This document shows positions 43,582 through 52,158 of a stretch of 64,000 nucleotides of DNA, one piece after another (the stretch's first letter is position 1; each line of letters begins with the position of its first letter). Origin of the DNA: a candidate division WWE3 bacterium (GTDB taxonomy: Bacteria; Patescibacteriota; WWE3; 2-01-FULL-39-13); the NCBI GenBank assembly GCA_943354835.1, contig CALRDH010000002.1:106270-170269 (forward strand). The letters run 5' to 3'. The translations under genes were made by a program, and so were the position numbers. Below the pieces are notes generated by a model that worked only from the letters and a program-made list of their open reading frames with translations, made no database searches and was not told the DNA's origin.

Positions 43582-46260
43582 TTATATTGATTTTCTTTTA
43601 GATTCACCCTGTTTACTGCTATCTTTTTTCTTGCTCTTAGACTTTTCGGCTTTTGTTGCAGGTTCAACTATTTTTAACTTTTCATCTAACTTTTTTAAAG
43701 TCTCTACATCTGCACCATATTTAGCTCTTGAATTTTCAATTACCAACTGCTCAATGTTTTCATCCTTGGGAGTTGTAAAGTCATAAGTACTACCAGTAAA
43801 TGCATCTTGTGGAATTACACCATTTATTTTTATGTAAAAGTTAAATGAAGGTAAGTTTGCTATTTGGTGTTCTTTAACCTGAGGAGCAAATAAAGGTAGA
43901 ATAAAATCCTCATCTGTTGGGTTGCTTGTTCTATAGGAAACAACGGTACCTACATTTGCAAGAATAACTTTTAACAAGTCTTGATCTTCTATTTGAGAGA
44001 TGGTTTGGTGTGCAAGTATTGTATCAAGCCTGTATTTGCGCGCTTCGGATAAGATTTGGGCAAAAGTCATAGTAGCAAAGTTTTGAAACTCATCTATGTA
44101 TAAAAAGAAATCTTCACGCTTATCTTGTGAAATATGGACTCGGTTTAAGGCGGCTAACTGCAACTTAAGAATAAGTAAGCTTCCTAAAAATGACGAAATA
44201 TCCTCACCTATTTTCCCTTTTGATAGATCACAAATAAGAATCTTTTTGTTGTTCATAATATCGTCAAAGTCAAGTTTGCTATTTTCTTGGGTCAAAATGT
44301 TTCTGGTTGTTTTAGTGGTAAAAAATCTACCAAGTTTATTGGTAATTGGTGAAATAAGCTCAGCTCTTTGGAAACTTCCAAAACCTTTAAACTCTTTCTC
44401 CCAGAATTCTTTAAGTAACGGATCTTCAAGTTTGGAAACAATGGTATCTCTCAAGTTTTTATCTACCAGCATTTTATATGCGGTAAGTAATGTGGGTTTT
44501 TCTGTTGAAAGAATGGCTAAAATAGTATTTCGCAGTACATGTTCCATTCGAGGGCGGGCAGTATTAGATGGGTAAAGCTTTAAAAACACAGAAATAAGGC
44601 TTGAAACGATAAGATCTTTTTCCCGTTCCTTTTCAACATCAGATAAACCTTGGGTCATTTGCAATACATTTAAACCAATAGGATGCTCAAGGTCATACGG
44701 ATTGAAGTAAATTACATCTTTGATTCTATCTTTTGGAATAACACCAATTAGCCTAGTTGCTAAATCTCCGTGTGGATCCATTACAGCTACACCTTTCCCG
44801 TTTTTTATATCTTGATAGATCATTTGTAGCAAAAGTGTGGTTTTGCCCATACCAGTTGCACCGATCAGGTACATGTGCCTTCGTCTTTCTTCTATCGTTA
44901 ATCCTATTGGGGTAATGCTTTCACCATGAATATTGTGCGCAAATACAATATCAAGATTTGAAGGATTTTTAAGACTAATTGGTGCTGGTAAATGTGACGA
45001 TTTTATTGATTGTAAGTCCTCGGTTTGAGTAGTTAGTGTAAATGGAAAGTGATAAATTGTTGAAAGTTCTGATACTGAAAAGATTGGATTAGAAGTAAAC
45101 GAGAACAATCGATACTTGAGACGTAAAAAGTTTAGCTTGGTAAAGAGTGAGTTAAAGTGTGCTGATTTAACCTTAAGAGACTGATAGCTAAGATTGGTAT
45201 ATGTTGCAAAGTTTCCTATAATCCCCTTTTTTCTAAGCTCAATATTATTTTTAGAAGTTCCAACAACTAAAAGTCGCATAGTTACCTCAAATAAATCTTG
45301 ATTAATTTTTGACTCTACAACTTCTTGTATCTGGCTTTGTTTTGGTGTTAGTTCAATTATTTGATCAGTTGTACTCTTTTCTTGTTCAAGCACGTATTTG
45401 CTTGGATATTTTGGCGATGCCATTGCAAAATCCATAATCCATTTAGTAAGGTCTTTTAGAAGAAGTACAAAAAGATCAAAAATAAAAAGTGGGATTACTT
45501 TTAGTGTATGTAATGTTTTTGCAAAAGAACTGTTTTGAATATATGAAACAATTTCTTTCCCTTCGTAAATACGTTTTTGTAGCTTAAATAAGTAATCTGC
45601 AATGTGCCCATGGTAGACAGGCGTTACAGGAGAAGTGACCAATTGCAAAGTAATTAACTCATCTGGCTCAAGTTTTGTCATCTGTCCGGTGATATATGCA
45701 ATCGGATCGTGCTCACCAAGTACATTTTGTTCTTTTAACGGAAGTACAAAGTGATTTTTAAGTTTGAATTCGGTAAACGAATATTTTTTGCTTTCTAAAT
45801 CTTCTAAAGACTTTGGCAAGTGGTCGGAAATTTGCTGAATTTCAATACCTGGAAGGTACGAAAGTAAGTTTTTACGAAGAATTGAAACATATTCTTTTGG
45901 TGTATAAATTATGTAGCGAATTCCATCACTTCTGCTAGAAGCTATTTCATAGCTGACACGTTTTTTGTTTCTGAGTAATCGGTCTAAAAGTGTTGGCTTT
46001 GTATCAAGCGAATGAAGAATAGTAAATAGCTGTTTGGTAGTAAATGCCGTTTGTAATGATATAGATGGAGGTTTTATCTCTAATAAAACATACGAGCCTT
46101 GAAGTGATTTTTTAAACTGTAGATATTTAAGAACACTAAGACCGATAAAAAAGAAAAAGGTGGCAAAAAAAACCACAGTAATCCATGAAATATTTGCTCC
46201 TATTAAAATTAGTTGGGCAAGTGTCGGTGGGATTACATCAGACCAGTTTATATTTTCCAT
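43582..46260 (-). CDS. Type IV coupling protein (VirD4/TraG/TraD-like T4CP)
   Basis: N-terminal TMs; Walker A LIGATGMGKTTL, Walker B FFLYIDEFQNF, AHQTISQ motif; lysine-rich C-terminal tail. Confidence 0.85.
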   Translation of the reverse strand: MENINWSDVIPPTLAQLILIGANISWITVVFFATFFFFIGLSVLKYLQFKKSLQGSYVLLEIKPPSISLQTAFTTKQLFTILHSLDTKPTLLDRLLRNKKRVSYEIASSRSDGIRYIIYTPKEYVSILRKNLLSYLPGIEIQQISDHLPKSLEDLESKKYSFTEFKLKNHFVLPLKEQNVLGEHDPIAYITGQMTKLEPDELITLQLVTSPVTPVYHGHIADYLFKLQKRIYEGKEIVSYIQNSSFAKTLHTLKVIPLFIFDLFVLLLKDLTKWIMDFAMASPKYPSKYVLEQEKSTTDQIIELTPKQSQIQEVVESKINQDLFEVTMRLLVVGTSKNNIELRKKGIIGNFATYTNLSYQSLKVKSAHFNSLFTKLNFLRLKYRLFSFTSNPIFSVSELSTIYHFPFTLTTQTEDLQSIKSSHLPAPISLKNPSNLDIVFAHNIHGESITPIGLTIEERRRHMYLIGATGMGKTTLLLQMIYQDIKNGKGVAVMDPHGDLATRLIGVIPKDRIKDVIYFNPYDLEHPIGLNVLQMTQGLSDVEKEREKDLIVSSLISVFLKLYPSNTARPRMEHVLRNTILAILSTEKPTLLTAYKMLVDKNLRDTIVSKLEDPLLKEFWEKEFKGFGSFQRAELISPITNKLGRFFTTKTTRNILTQENSKLDFDDIMNNKKILICDLSKGKIGEDISSFLGSLLILKLQLAALNRVHISQDKREDFFLYIDEFQNFATMTFAQILSEARKYRLDTILAHQTISQIEDQDLLKVILANVGTVVSYRTSNPTDEDFILPLFAPQVKEHQIANLPSFNFYIKINGVIPQDAFTGSTYDFTTPKDENIEQLVIENSRAKYGADVETLKKLDEKLKIVEPATKAEKSKSKKKDSSKQGESKRKSI

Positions 46261-46537
46261 ATAAATCAGGGCAATTTATGCTTGGAGTATATCAAAGCCT
46301 ATAGAGAAAGTGAAGGGAAATAAAAGAAAAGAGCGTCCTTTGGATAATAGAAATAAGTTGCAACGGTTGAAACCGTGCGTATGTAATTGCGTTGGCAATC
46401 ACACTTACTTATTTTATTTGTCCATTGGACGCTCTGGGTTGCACTTTCTTTTGCGAAATTCGAATAGACTGATAACAGAGTCACCTGTCGTTTTCACGCC
46501 CTTTGCAGGTTTAGTGTATTCAGTTTGTGATGTTTAA

Positions 46538-46897
46538 TCACTTACTGAGTAGCATGGCCATCAAACCCAGCAAGCCAGCCGCATCATCGTCTGGAGACTG
46601 TGCGACAACGCCAGAAGCGATATCATCTCCAACCTGATCATAGCCAGTCTTTGCACCGTAGTGCCGCCGTTGTAAGGTCTGTGCCATTGCACCCATGATG
46701 CCTGTCATAGCATCTCCGTCAGGATCATCGTACAAGGTGTTGGCATGAGCTTCGTGAGCCTCGATGATATACCCTTTCGCACGTAGCGCACCAGAGATGC
46801 GGGCTCTGAAGTCCGAGTCGCTTTCACCTAGTTGTTGGCCGGGAAGTCCGAACTCACTTGCCCTTTGTGCAGTGATATCTGTACCTGATCTCATCAT
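46538..46897 (-). CDS. Hypothetical protein in high-GC islet (Ala/Gly/Asp-rich)
   Basis: 119-aa ORF; GC far above the window average. Confidence 0.4.
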   Translation of the reverse strand: MMRSGTDITAQRASEFGLPGQQLGESDSDFRARISGALRAKGYIIEAHEAHANTLYDDPDGDAMTGIMGAMAQTLQRRHYGAKTGYDQVGDDIASGVVAQSPDDDAAGLLGLMAMLLSK

Positions 46898-46906
46898 ATT
46901 CTCCTA

Positions 46907-47203
46907 TTAACTAAAATTGAGAAAAGCACGACGGTCATAGAATGCGCCTTTGTAGAACATAGAAATGCGTTCAACACCTTGCGCATCCTTAACGGAAGTC
47001 CAGAAACCATCGGTTTTCCGTGTCCATCCAGTTGGGGGAATAACCTGGTAGAACAGGTCATCTGTCTCACCTGTGACTTGGAAACCTAACGTTTCAAGAC
47101 CAGCTTTTGAATCGCGATCTGCACCATGCTCGTGGGTGTTAACCTCACGGGCTAGTTGCCATTTCTGATTCTCGGCGACTGCTCTCTGAGTGGCTTCTTC
47201 CAT
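46907..47203 (-). CDS. Hypothetical protein in high-GC islet
   Basis: 98-aa ORF; a further ~48-aa ORF (47155..47298) upstream carries a perfect AAGGAGG RBS. Confidence 0.4.
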   Translation of the reverse strand: MEEATQRAVAENQKWQLAREVNTHEHGADRDSKAGLETLGFQVTGETDDLFYQVIPPTGWTRKTDGFWTSVKDAQGVERISMFYKGAFYDRRAFLNFS

Positions 47204-47636
47204 ACTGTAGAGCTGACGGCTTGTAAAACCTGGGTCATTCCTTTGCCGACTTCTTCAGGGCTATAGGGTGACTTGTAGGTACCACTCTTCTTGGACATGT
47301 TTGCCTCCTTGTTGCAAACTTGAACTTAAAATGTTGTTTGCTAATCCCAAATGGATAGCTTACTGAGTACTAAAATAGGTAATACACAATAAGCTACCCA
47401 TTAAGGTAAAGGCTAAATTCCGCAAATTATTAAAGTGCAAACTAACGCTAATCGTACAACAATTAGAAAAGCAATTTTTCTATAGCTATGCAATTAGTGC
47501 GGACATTATACTATATTATAGGCAAATATACAATACTATAGGGTTTGTATTTATCTAGGTGAAGTGCTCAAAAACAGCATTATGACTTATTCAAGGCAAG
47601 AATGCAGGAGAAAGAAGGACAAACTACAGGCTAGGC

Positions 47637-47897
47637 TTAAAACGGTAATACTTCTGACGATTTTACTTTTAGTGCTATACAAATATTTTCTATAACCGCA
47701 AATGTTGGGTTTTCTTCTCCACGTTCTATACCTGCATAATAAGTTACCGATATACCACTAGCTTTAGCTACTTCTTCTTGCGAAAGTTGCAAGCCCGAGC
47801 GTATTTCTCGTAGATTTTCGCCAAACTTTTGCTGGCTTTTTGGATTTACAGATGAATTCATAACCATAGTATATCTCAAATTTTTATAGTTCGTCAT
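47637..47897 (-). CDS. XRE-family helix-turn-helix transcriptional regulator
   Basis: HTH LSQEEVAKASGISVTYYAGIERGE. Confidence 0.8.
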   Translation of the reverse strand: MTNYKNLRYTMVMNSSVNPKSQQKFGENLREIRSGLQLSQEEVAKASGISVTYYAGIERGEENPTFAVIENICIALKVKSSEVLPF

Positions 47898-47937
47898 ATT
47901 TTACACTTTTTACTCTAGAAATTGCAAAATTTCCACT

Positions 47938-47979
47938 TGACACTACAACTATAGTTGTATAAACTATAACTATAGTTAC
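47938..47979. promoter_or_regulatory. Promoter with two 12-bp perfect palindromic operators
   Basis: TTGACA (47938..47943); CAACTATAGTTG (47947..47958); TATAAA (47959..47964); TAACTATAGTTA (47968..47979); lies between the divergent XRE gene and the recombinase operon. Confidence 0.7.
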
Positions 47980-47999
47980 AGTAATTTAGATACAAAACC

Positions 48000-48209
48000 A
48001 TGAGTAAAGAGTTACTAGAAAAATTTAAAAAGCTATATTACGAGAAGTTTGGTATTGCTCTTGGCAACGAAGAAGCAACAGCAATGGCAAATGATCTTGT
48101 TAACTTAATGAAAGTACTATTAGAACCAGATAAGTCGAAAAGTACAGAATTCAAGTTGGAAGAAAGGAGCGAATATGCGACTATCGAAACACAACAACAA
48201 TACATTTAA
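48000..48209 (+). CDS. Small hypothetical protein (possible excisionase/RDF-like accessory)
   Basis: 69-aa ORF immediately upstream of, and overlapping, the recombinase start. Confidence 0.3.
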   Translation: MSKELLEKFKKLYYEKFGIALGNEEATAMANDLVNLMKVLLEPDKSKSTEFKLEERSEYATIETQQQYI

Positions 48210-49902
48210 TCAACAAGACAAAATACCTGTAATTAACAGGTACTTAGTTTACTGTCGAAAAAGCAGTGAATCTGATGAGCGTCAAATTCAATCACTTCCC
48301 GATCAAATACACACATTAATGACTTATGTCTCTTCTCGTGGCTTAGAAACAATTGGAGAGCCATTGCAAGAGTCAAGATCGGCAAAGATTCCGGGTAGAC
48401 CCGTGTTTGATCAACTTGTTCAAAAAATAGAAGATGGCGAAGCAAACTGTATAGTTTTATTAAACCCTTCAAGGCTTTCACGAAATACTGTTGATACAGG
48501 GAGAATTATTTACCTTATGGACCAAGGTAAACTACAGGAAGTAGTTACTCCTTACCAGACCTTTATAAATAATCCTTACGACAAGTTTATGCTTAATTTG
48601 CTTTGTACACAGGCTAAACTCGAAAATGATAACAAAAGTGTAAATGTGCGAGAGTCGTTACAACTGAAAGCTGAACGAGGTGTATTCCCAGGAAAAGCAA
48701 GACCTGGATATAAAAACAACCACGAAAAACCGCAAGGTTTGCGAGATATTTCAGCAGATCCTGTAACTTTCCCTCTTATGCGAAAGCTGTTTGATTTGGC
48801 ACTTACAGGAAATTACAGTATAGAAAAACTGATAAAAGAAGCAGGAGAACTCGGTATAAGGAGTTCAAAAAGTGGTAAGCCCATTTGCAAAAGTTGGATG
48901 CACCGTTTGCTTCGAGACCCTTTTTATACAGGTAAATTTATGTATTGCGGAAAGCTGTATGAAGGCAACCACCCTGCAATGCTCAACGATGATGAATTTA
49001 ACCTACTTCAAGATATTGTTGAAGGTAGATCAAAAGGAAAATCCAAGAAACACGATTCTGCATTAAATGGACTAATCACATGTGGCGAGTGTGGATATCG
49101 CATTACTGTAGAAACTCACACCAAGCACTATAAAAATGGCAATTCACAGGTATTTGCATACTACAGATGTACCAAAAAGGGTACAGAGTGTAAGTGTAAT
49201 CAACCATATGTTTCCACCGATAAGCTTGAAAACGAATATGTTGAGGATCTTACAAAGTTCGAGCTTATACCAGAATTTGCTGATATAGCATTCCAAGCAT
49301 TAGAAGAAGTAAAAGAAAAAGATGACCATGTAAATAAAAATAGCCATGAGGCACAGCAGAAGGCATTAGAGAATATAAACAAGAGAATTAATAACCTTGT
49401 TTCGCTTAAAATATCTCCCGATAACTCAGACGGAAGTTTGCTTTCTGACGAAGAGTTTGGAGATAGAAAACGAAACTTGCTTATTGAGAAAGAACAGTTG
49501 ATGAAAAAATTATCTCAAACTGATCCTAAAAATACCGAGTGGGCTAATATTGCAAAAGAAAGTTTTAACTTTGGATTACTAGCTGCAAAACGATTTGAAA
49601 ATGGAACCTCAGAAGCCAAAAAAATTATCTTCAATACAATCGGCTCGTACCCAAAGCTAAAAGACAAAAAACTGCAGTACAAAGCCAAATACCTGTTTTT
49701 TAAGTATAAAGAAGGGGTAAAAGAGACAAATGAGAAAATGAGTCCGCTCGTACCTGCAAACGTAGTGTCAGACCAGTCTAATCTCGAAAATTATCTAAAA
49801 AATAGTTTATGGTGCCGAGGAGAGGACTTGAACCTCCAAACCCTTTCGGGCACAGCCACCTCAAGGCTGCGCGTCTGCCATTTCGCCACCTCGGCATGGT
49901 GA
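48175..49902 (+). CDS. Large serine recombinase (integrase)
   Basis: N-terminal resolvase catalytic domain YLVYCRKSSESDERQ (catalytic Ser); recombinase domain; zinc-ribbon CGECGYR...YYRCTKKGTEC; coiled-coil; last ~31 codons antisense to tRNA-Leu(GAG). Confidence 0.85.
   Translation: MRLSKHNNNTFNQQDKIPVINRYLVYCRKSSESDERQIQSLPDQIHTLMTYVSSRGLETIGEPLQESRSAKIPGRPVFDQLVQKIEDGEANCIVLLNPSRLSRNTVDTGRIIYLMDQGKLQEVVTPYQTFINNPYDKFMLNLLCTQAKLENDNKSVNVRESLQLKAERGVFPGKARPGYKNNHEKPQGLRDISADPVTFPLMRKLFDLALTGNYSIEKLIKEAGELGIRSSKSGKPICKSWMHRLLRDPFYTGKFMYCGKLYEGNHPAMLNDDEFNLLQDIVEGRSKGKSKKHDSALNGLITCGECGYRITVETHTKHYKNGNSQVFAYYRCTKKGTECKCNQPYVSTDKLENEYVEDLTKFELIPEFADIAFQALEEVKEKDDHVNKNSHEAQQKALENINKRINNLVSLKISPDNSDGSLLSDEEFGDRKRNLLIEKEQLMKKLSQTDPKNTEWANIAKESFNFGLLAAKRFENGTSEAKKIIFNTIGSYPKLKDKKLQYKAKYLFFKYKEGVKETNEKMSPLVPANVVSDQSNLENYLKNSLWCRGEDLNLQTLSGTATSRLRVCHFATSAW
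49810..49895 (-). tRNA. tRNA-Leu(GAG)
   Basis: Leu backbone with long variable arm; anticodon loop TTGAGGT; CCA encoded. Confidence 0.85.
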
Positions 49903-49925
49903 CCATACAATTTCTCTGGTTTCTC

Positions 49926-50002
49926 TGGTGGTTGAGACTGGGTTCGAACCAGTGACCTTTCGGATGTAAACCGAATGCTCTAACCAGCTGAGCTACTCAA
50001 CC
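49926..50002 (-). tRNA. tRNA-Val(TAC)
   Basis: 77 nt; acceptor GGTTGAG/CTCAACC; anticodon loop TTTACAT; CCA encoded. Confidence 0.8.
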
Positions 50003-50051
50003 ATTTTTGCTTAGGTAATTTTATCATAAAGTTTGCTAGAATCCTTTTTAT

Positions 50052-50750
50052 ATGAAAAATATAATAAATTACACAATCGTCGGTCTTATGGTTTGCGCTT
50101 TAGCCTATGCCGGATATTACTCATGGAGTATGAAAAAGGCTCCGGAAACTCCTCAAGTTGCTGAATCACAAAAGATAGCGGAGACACCTGTGGTTCCGAC
50201 TCCTTCAATTCCTGAAACAAAAACCCCAATTACAGATGATACAATTTTGACAATGGAACAAAAAACAAATTTACCAAAACCAGAAATGACGATTGATGCA
50301 AATAAGAAGTATTCAGTTTTAATGCAAACTTCTGAAGGAGATATTACGATTCAGTTAAATCCAAAAGATGCTCCTGTTACTGTGAATAATTTTGTTTACT
50401 TAGCAAATTTAGGTTTTTATAATGGATTAACTTTTCATAGAGTTATAGAAGGATTCATGATTCAAGGCGGAGACCCACTTGGAAGTGGTGCGGGAGGTCC
50501 TGGTTACAATTTTGAGGATGAAATTAGTGCAAATAATAAAAACGTACGTGGATCAATATCAATGGCGAATGCTGGTCCAAATACAAACGGAAGTCAGTTC
50601 TTTATTAACCAAGTTGATAACAACTTTTTAGATGCAAAACACACAGTATTTGGAAATGTAACTTCTGGTCTTGAGGTCGTTGATAAAATCGCCAAAATGG
50701 CGAATCAAAGTCCAGCTATTATGAATACTGTAAAAATTACGGTTGAGTAA
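50052..50750 (+). CDS. Cyclophilin-type peptidyl-prolyl cis-trans isomerase, membrane-anchored
   Basis: N-terminal TM and linker, then FHRVIEGFMIQGGDP and GSQFFI motifs. Confidence 0.9.
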   Translation: MKNIINYTIVGLMVCALAYAGYYSWSMKKAPETPQVAESQKIAETPVVPTPSIPETKTPITDDTILTMEQKTNLPKPEMTIDANKKYSVLMQTSEGDITIQLNPKDAPVTVNNFVYLANLGFYNGLTFHRVIEGFMIQGGDPLGSGAGGPGYNFEDEISANNKNVRGSISMANAGPNTNGSQFFINQVDNNFLDAKHTVFGNVTSGLEVVDKIAKMANQSPAIMNTVKITVE

Positions 50751-51342
50751 AAAGCTCTGAAACTTTATTCCAGTTTACTAATTTCCACCAAGCAGAAATG
50801 TAATCTGCGCGTTTGTTTTGATAATTAAGATAATATGCGTGTTCCCAAACATCAAGTCCTAAAATTGGTTTATCACCTTGCATTAGTGGACTATCTTGAT
50901 TTGCTGTTGAATAAACATCCAATTCTCCAGATGGCTTAACGACAAGCCATGCCCATCCACTTCCAAATTTTGTTAAAGCTGCATTGCTGAATTTCTCTTT
51001 AAATGCCTCAATAGATTCGAATTTTGAATTAATTGCAGCGACAAGATCGGCACTTGGTAAAGTTTCTTTTTCCGGGGTCATGATTTCCCAAAACAAAGTA
51101 TGATTTGCATGGCCACCGCCATGATTTTGAATTGCAGTGCGAATATCTTCTGGAAGTGATTTAATATCTGTAAGCAATTCTTCTACAGCTTTTTCTTGTA
51201 ATTCTGCGTGTGTCGAAAGTGCATCATTTAATTTTGTAATATAAGTCGTATGGTGCTTAGTAAAATGGATTTCCATTGTTTTGGAATCAATAATAGGTTC
51301 AAGCGCGGAAAATTGGTAAGGTAATTCTTTTTGTGTAAACAT
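50737..51342 (-). CDS. sodA: Fe/Mn superoxide dismutase
   Basis: HFTKHHTTY, DVWEHAYYL motifs. Confidence 0.95.
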   Translation of the reverse strand: MFTQKELPYQFSALEPIIDSKTMEIHFTKHHTTYITKLNDALSTHAELQEKAVEELLTDIKSLPEDIRTAIQNHGGGHANHTLFWEIMTPEKETLPSADLVAAINSKFESIEAFKEKFSNAALTKFGSGWAWLVVKPSGELDVYSTANQDSPLMQGDKPILGLDVWEHAYYLNYQNKRADYISAWWKLVNWNKVSELFTQP

Positions 51343-51381
51343 ACACTACTTGTAACATATTGATAGAGGTCTATCAACGAG

Positions 51382-51456
51382 ATGGAAGATTCTGGAGCGG
51401 GTGGCGGGAATCGAACCCGCATCTTTTCTTTGGAAAAGAAAAATAATAACCATTAT
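51382..51456 (-). tRNA. tRNA-Gly(TCC)
   Basis: GCGGGTG...CTTTTCCAAAGAAA...GCGGGTTCGATTCCCGCCACCCGCTCCA; classical Gly backbone. Confidence 0.8.
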
Positions 51457-51535
51457 ACGACACCCGCTTGTTCGCGGTGCTCACTTGCGTGCGTCGTGGC
51501 TGAGTACAGCTTACGACACCCGCTTGCATGCACAT

Positions 51536-52087
51536 TTATTTTACCATAACCTTTTTCTTGTCTATGAATTTTGTTATGTCTTCTTTTGTAAGTAGTACCG
51601 ATTCAGTGCAAAAGCTGACCATTGCAACGCTTGGCATGTGAGAAAACCCTACGTATTTAACAACCTTCCCTTTTTCTCGTGCTTTTTTAATTGCTGGTGC
51701 TAGGTCTGTGTCTGATGATACGACTAAGATTTTATCGAATTTTTGTTCGTACGCAGCAACAACCATATCAACAGCAATTTGAACATCAACACCTTTTTCG
51801 TGAAAAACGTCACCGGATTTTAATAGATATCCAAGTGAAAATCGTATTTTGTGTTTTTTTAAATTCCCTATTAGCTTTTGTTGAGCATTAAAAAGTTTGT
51901 CAGTTTTTTCTGTGCTATCCTGTTTAATTCGTCCGACATAATAACAAATATCTGTATTTTTACTTGAATGAGTTAAAAAGTTTACAAACTTTGTAAAGTT
52001 AAAAGAAAGTAGATTGTGGAGTTTTAGATCTTTTAGTTTAAAGTAGAAATTACTGCCGTCTATAAGTATCAAACATCGTTCATTCAT
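51536..52087 (-). CDS. NYN-domain (LabA-like) protein
   Basis: LILIDGSNFYF and VVSSDTDLAPAI motifs. Confidence 0.7.
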   Translation of the reverse strand: MNERCLILIDGSNFYFKLKDLKLHNLLSFNFTKFVNFLTHSSKNTDICYYVGRIKQDSTEKTDKLFNAQQKLIGNLKKHKIRFSLGYLLKSGDVFHEKGVDVQIAVDMVVAAYEQKFDKILVVSSDTDLAPAIKKAREKGKVVKYVGFSHMPSVAMVSFCTESVLLTKEDITKFIDKKKVMVK

Positions 52088-52158
52088 AAATTTTAAAAGC
52101 CCTGCAAATGCCTTTCGACCTCACAGGGCGGTTTAGTGAGTCCATCTTATCAAAAATA

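Larger units (their letters stand above)
26422..49902. mobile_element. Putative integrative/conjugative-type accessory region (T4SS, defence island, T4CP, serine recombinase)
   Basis: Gene content only; left boundary not defined and may extend to the tRNA-Arg/Fic cassette near 20.4 kb; right end at serine recombinase/tRNA-Leu(GAG). Confidence 0.35.

Noticed and set aside
46299-46537. ORFs 46299..46484 (-) and 46310..46537 (+) in the T4CP upstream region
   Set aside because: They are mutually overlapping on opposite strands within a repeat-rich leader; interpreted as regulatory DNA rather than genes.
11703-49895. The three tRNA-Leu genes sharing an identical 29-nt 3' half were considered as duplicated att sites bounding mobile DNA
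   Set aside because: They carry different anticodons (TAG, CAG, GAG) and are simply isoacceptors with a conserved acceptor/T-arm; only tRNA-Leu(GAG), overlapped by the recombinase, is retained as a likely boundary.
51228-51595. ORFs 51228..51422 and 51401..51595
   Set aside because: They overlap tRNA-Gly(TCC) and its duplicated 5'-end scar; the sequence is better explained as tRNA plus intergenic DNA.
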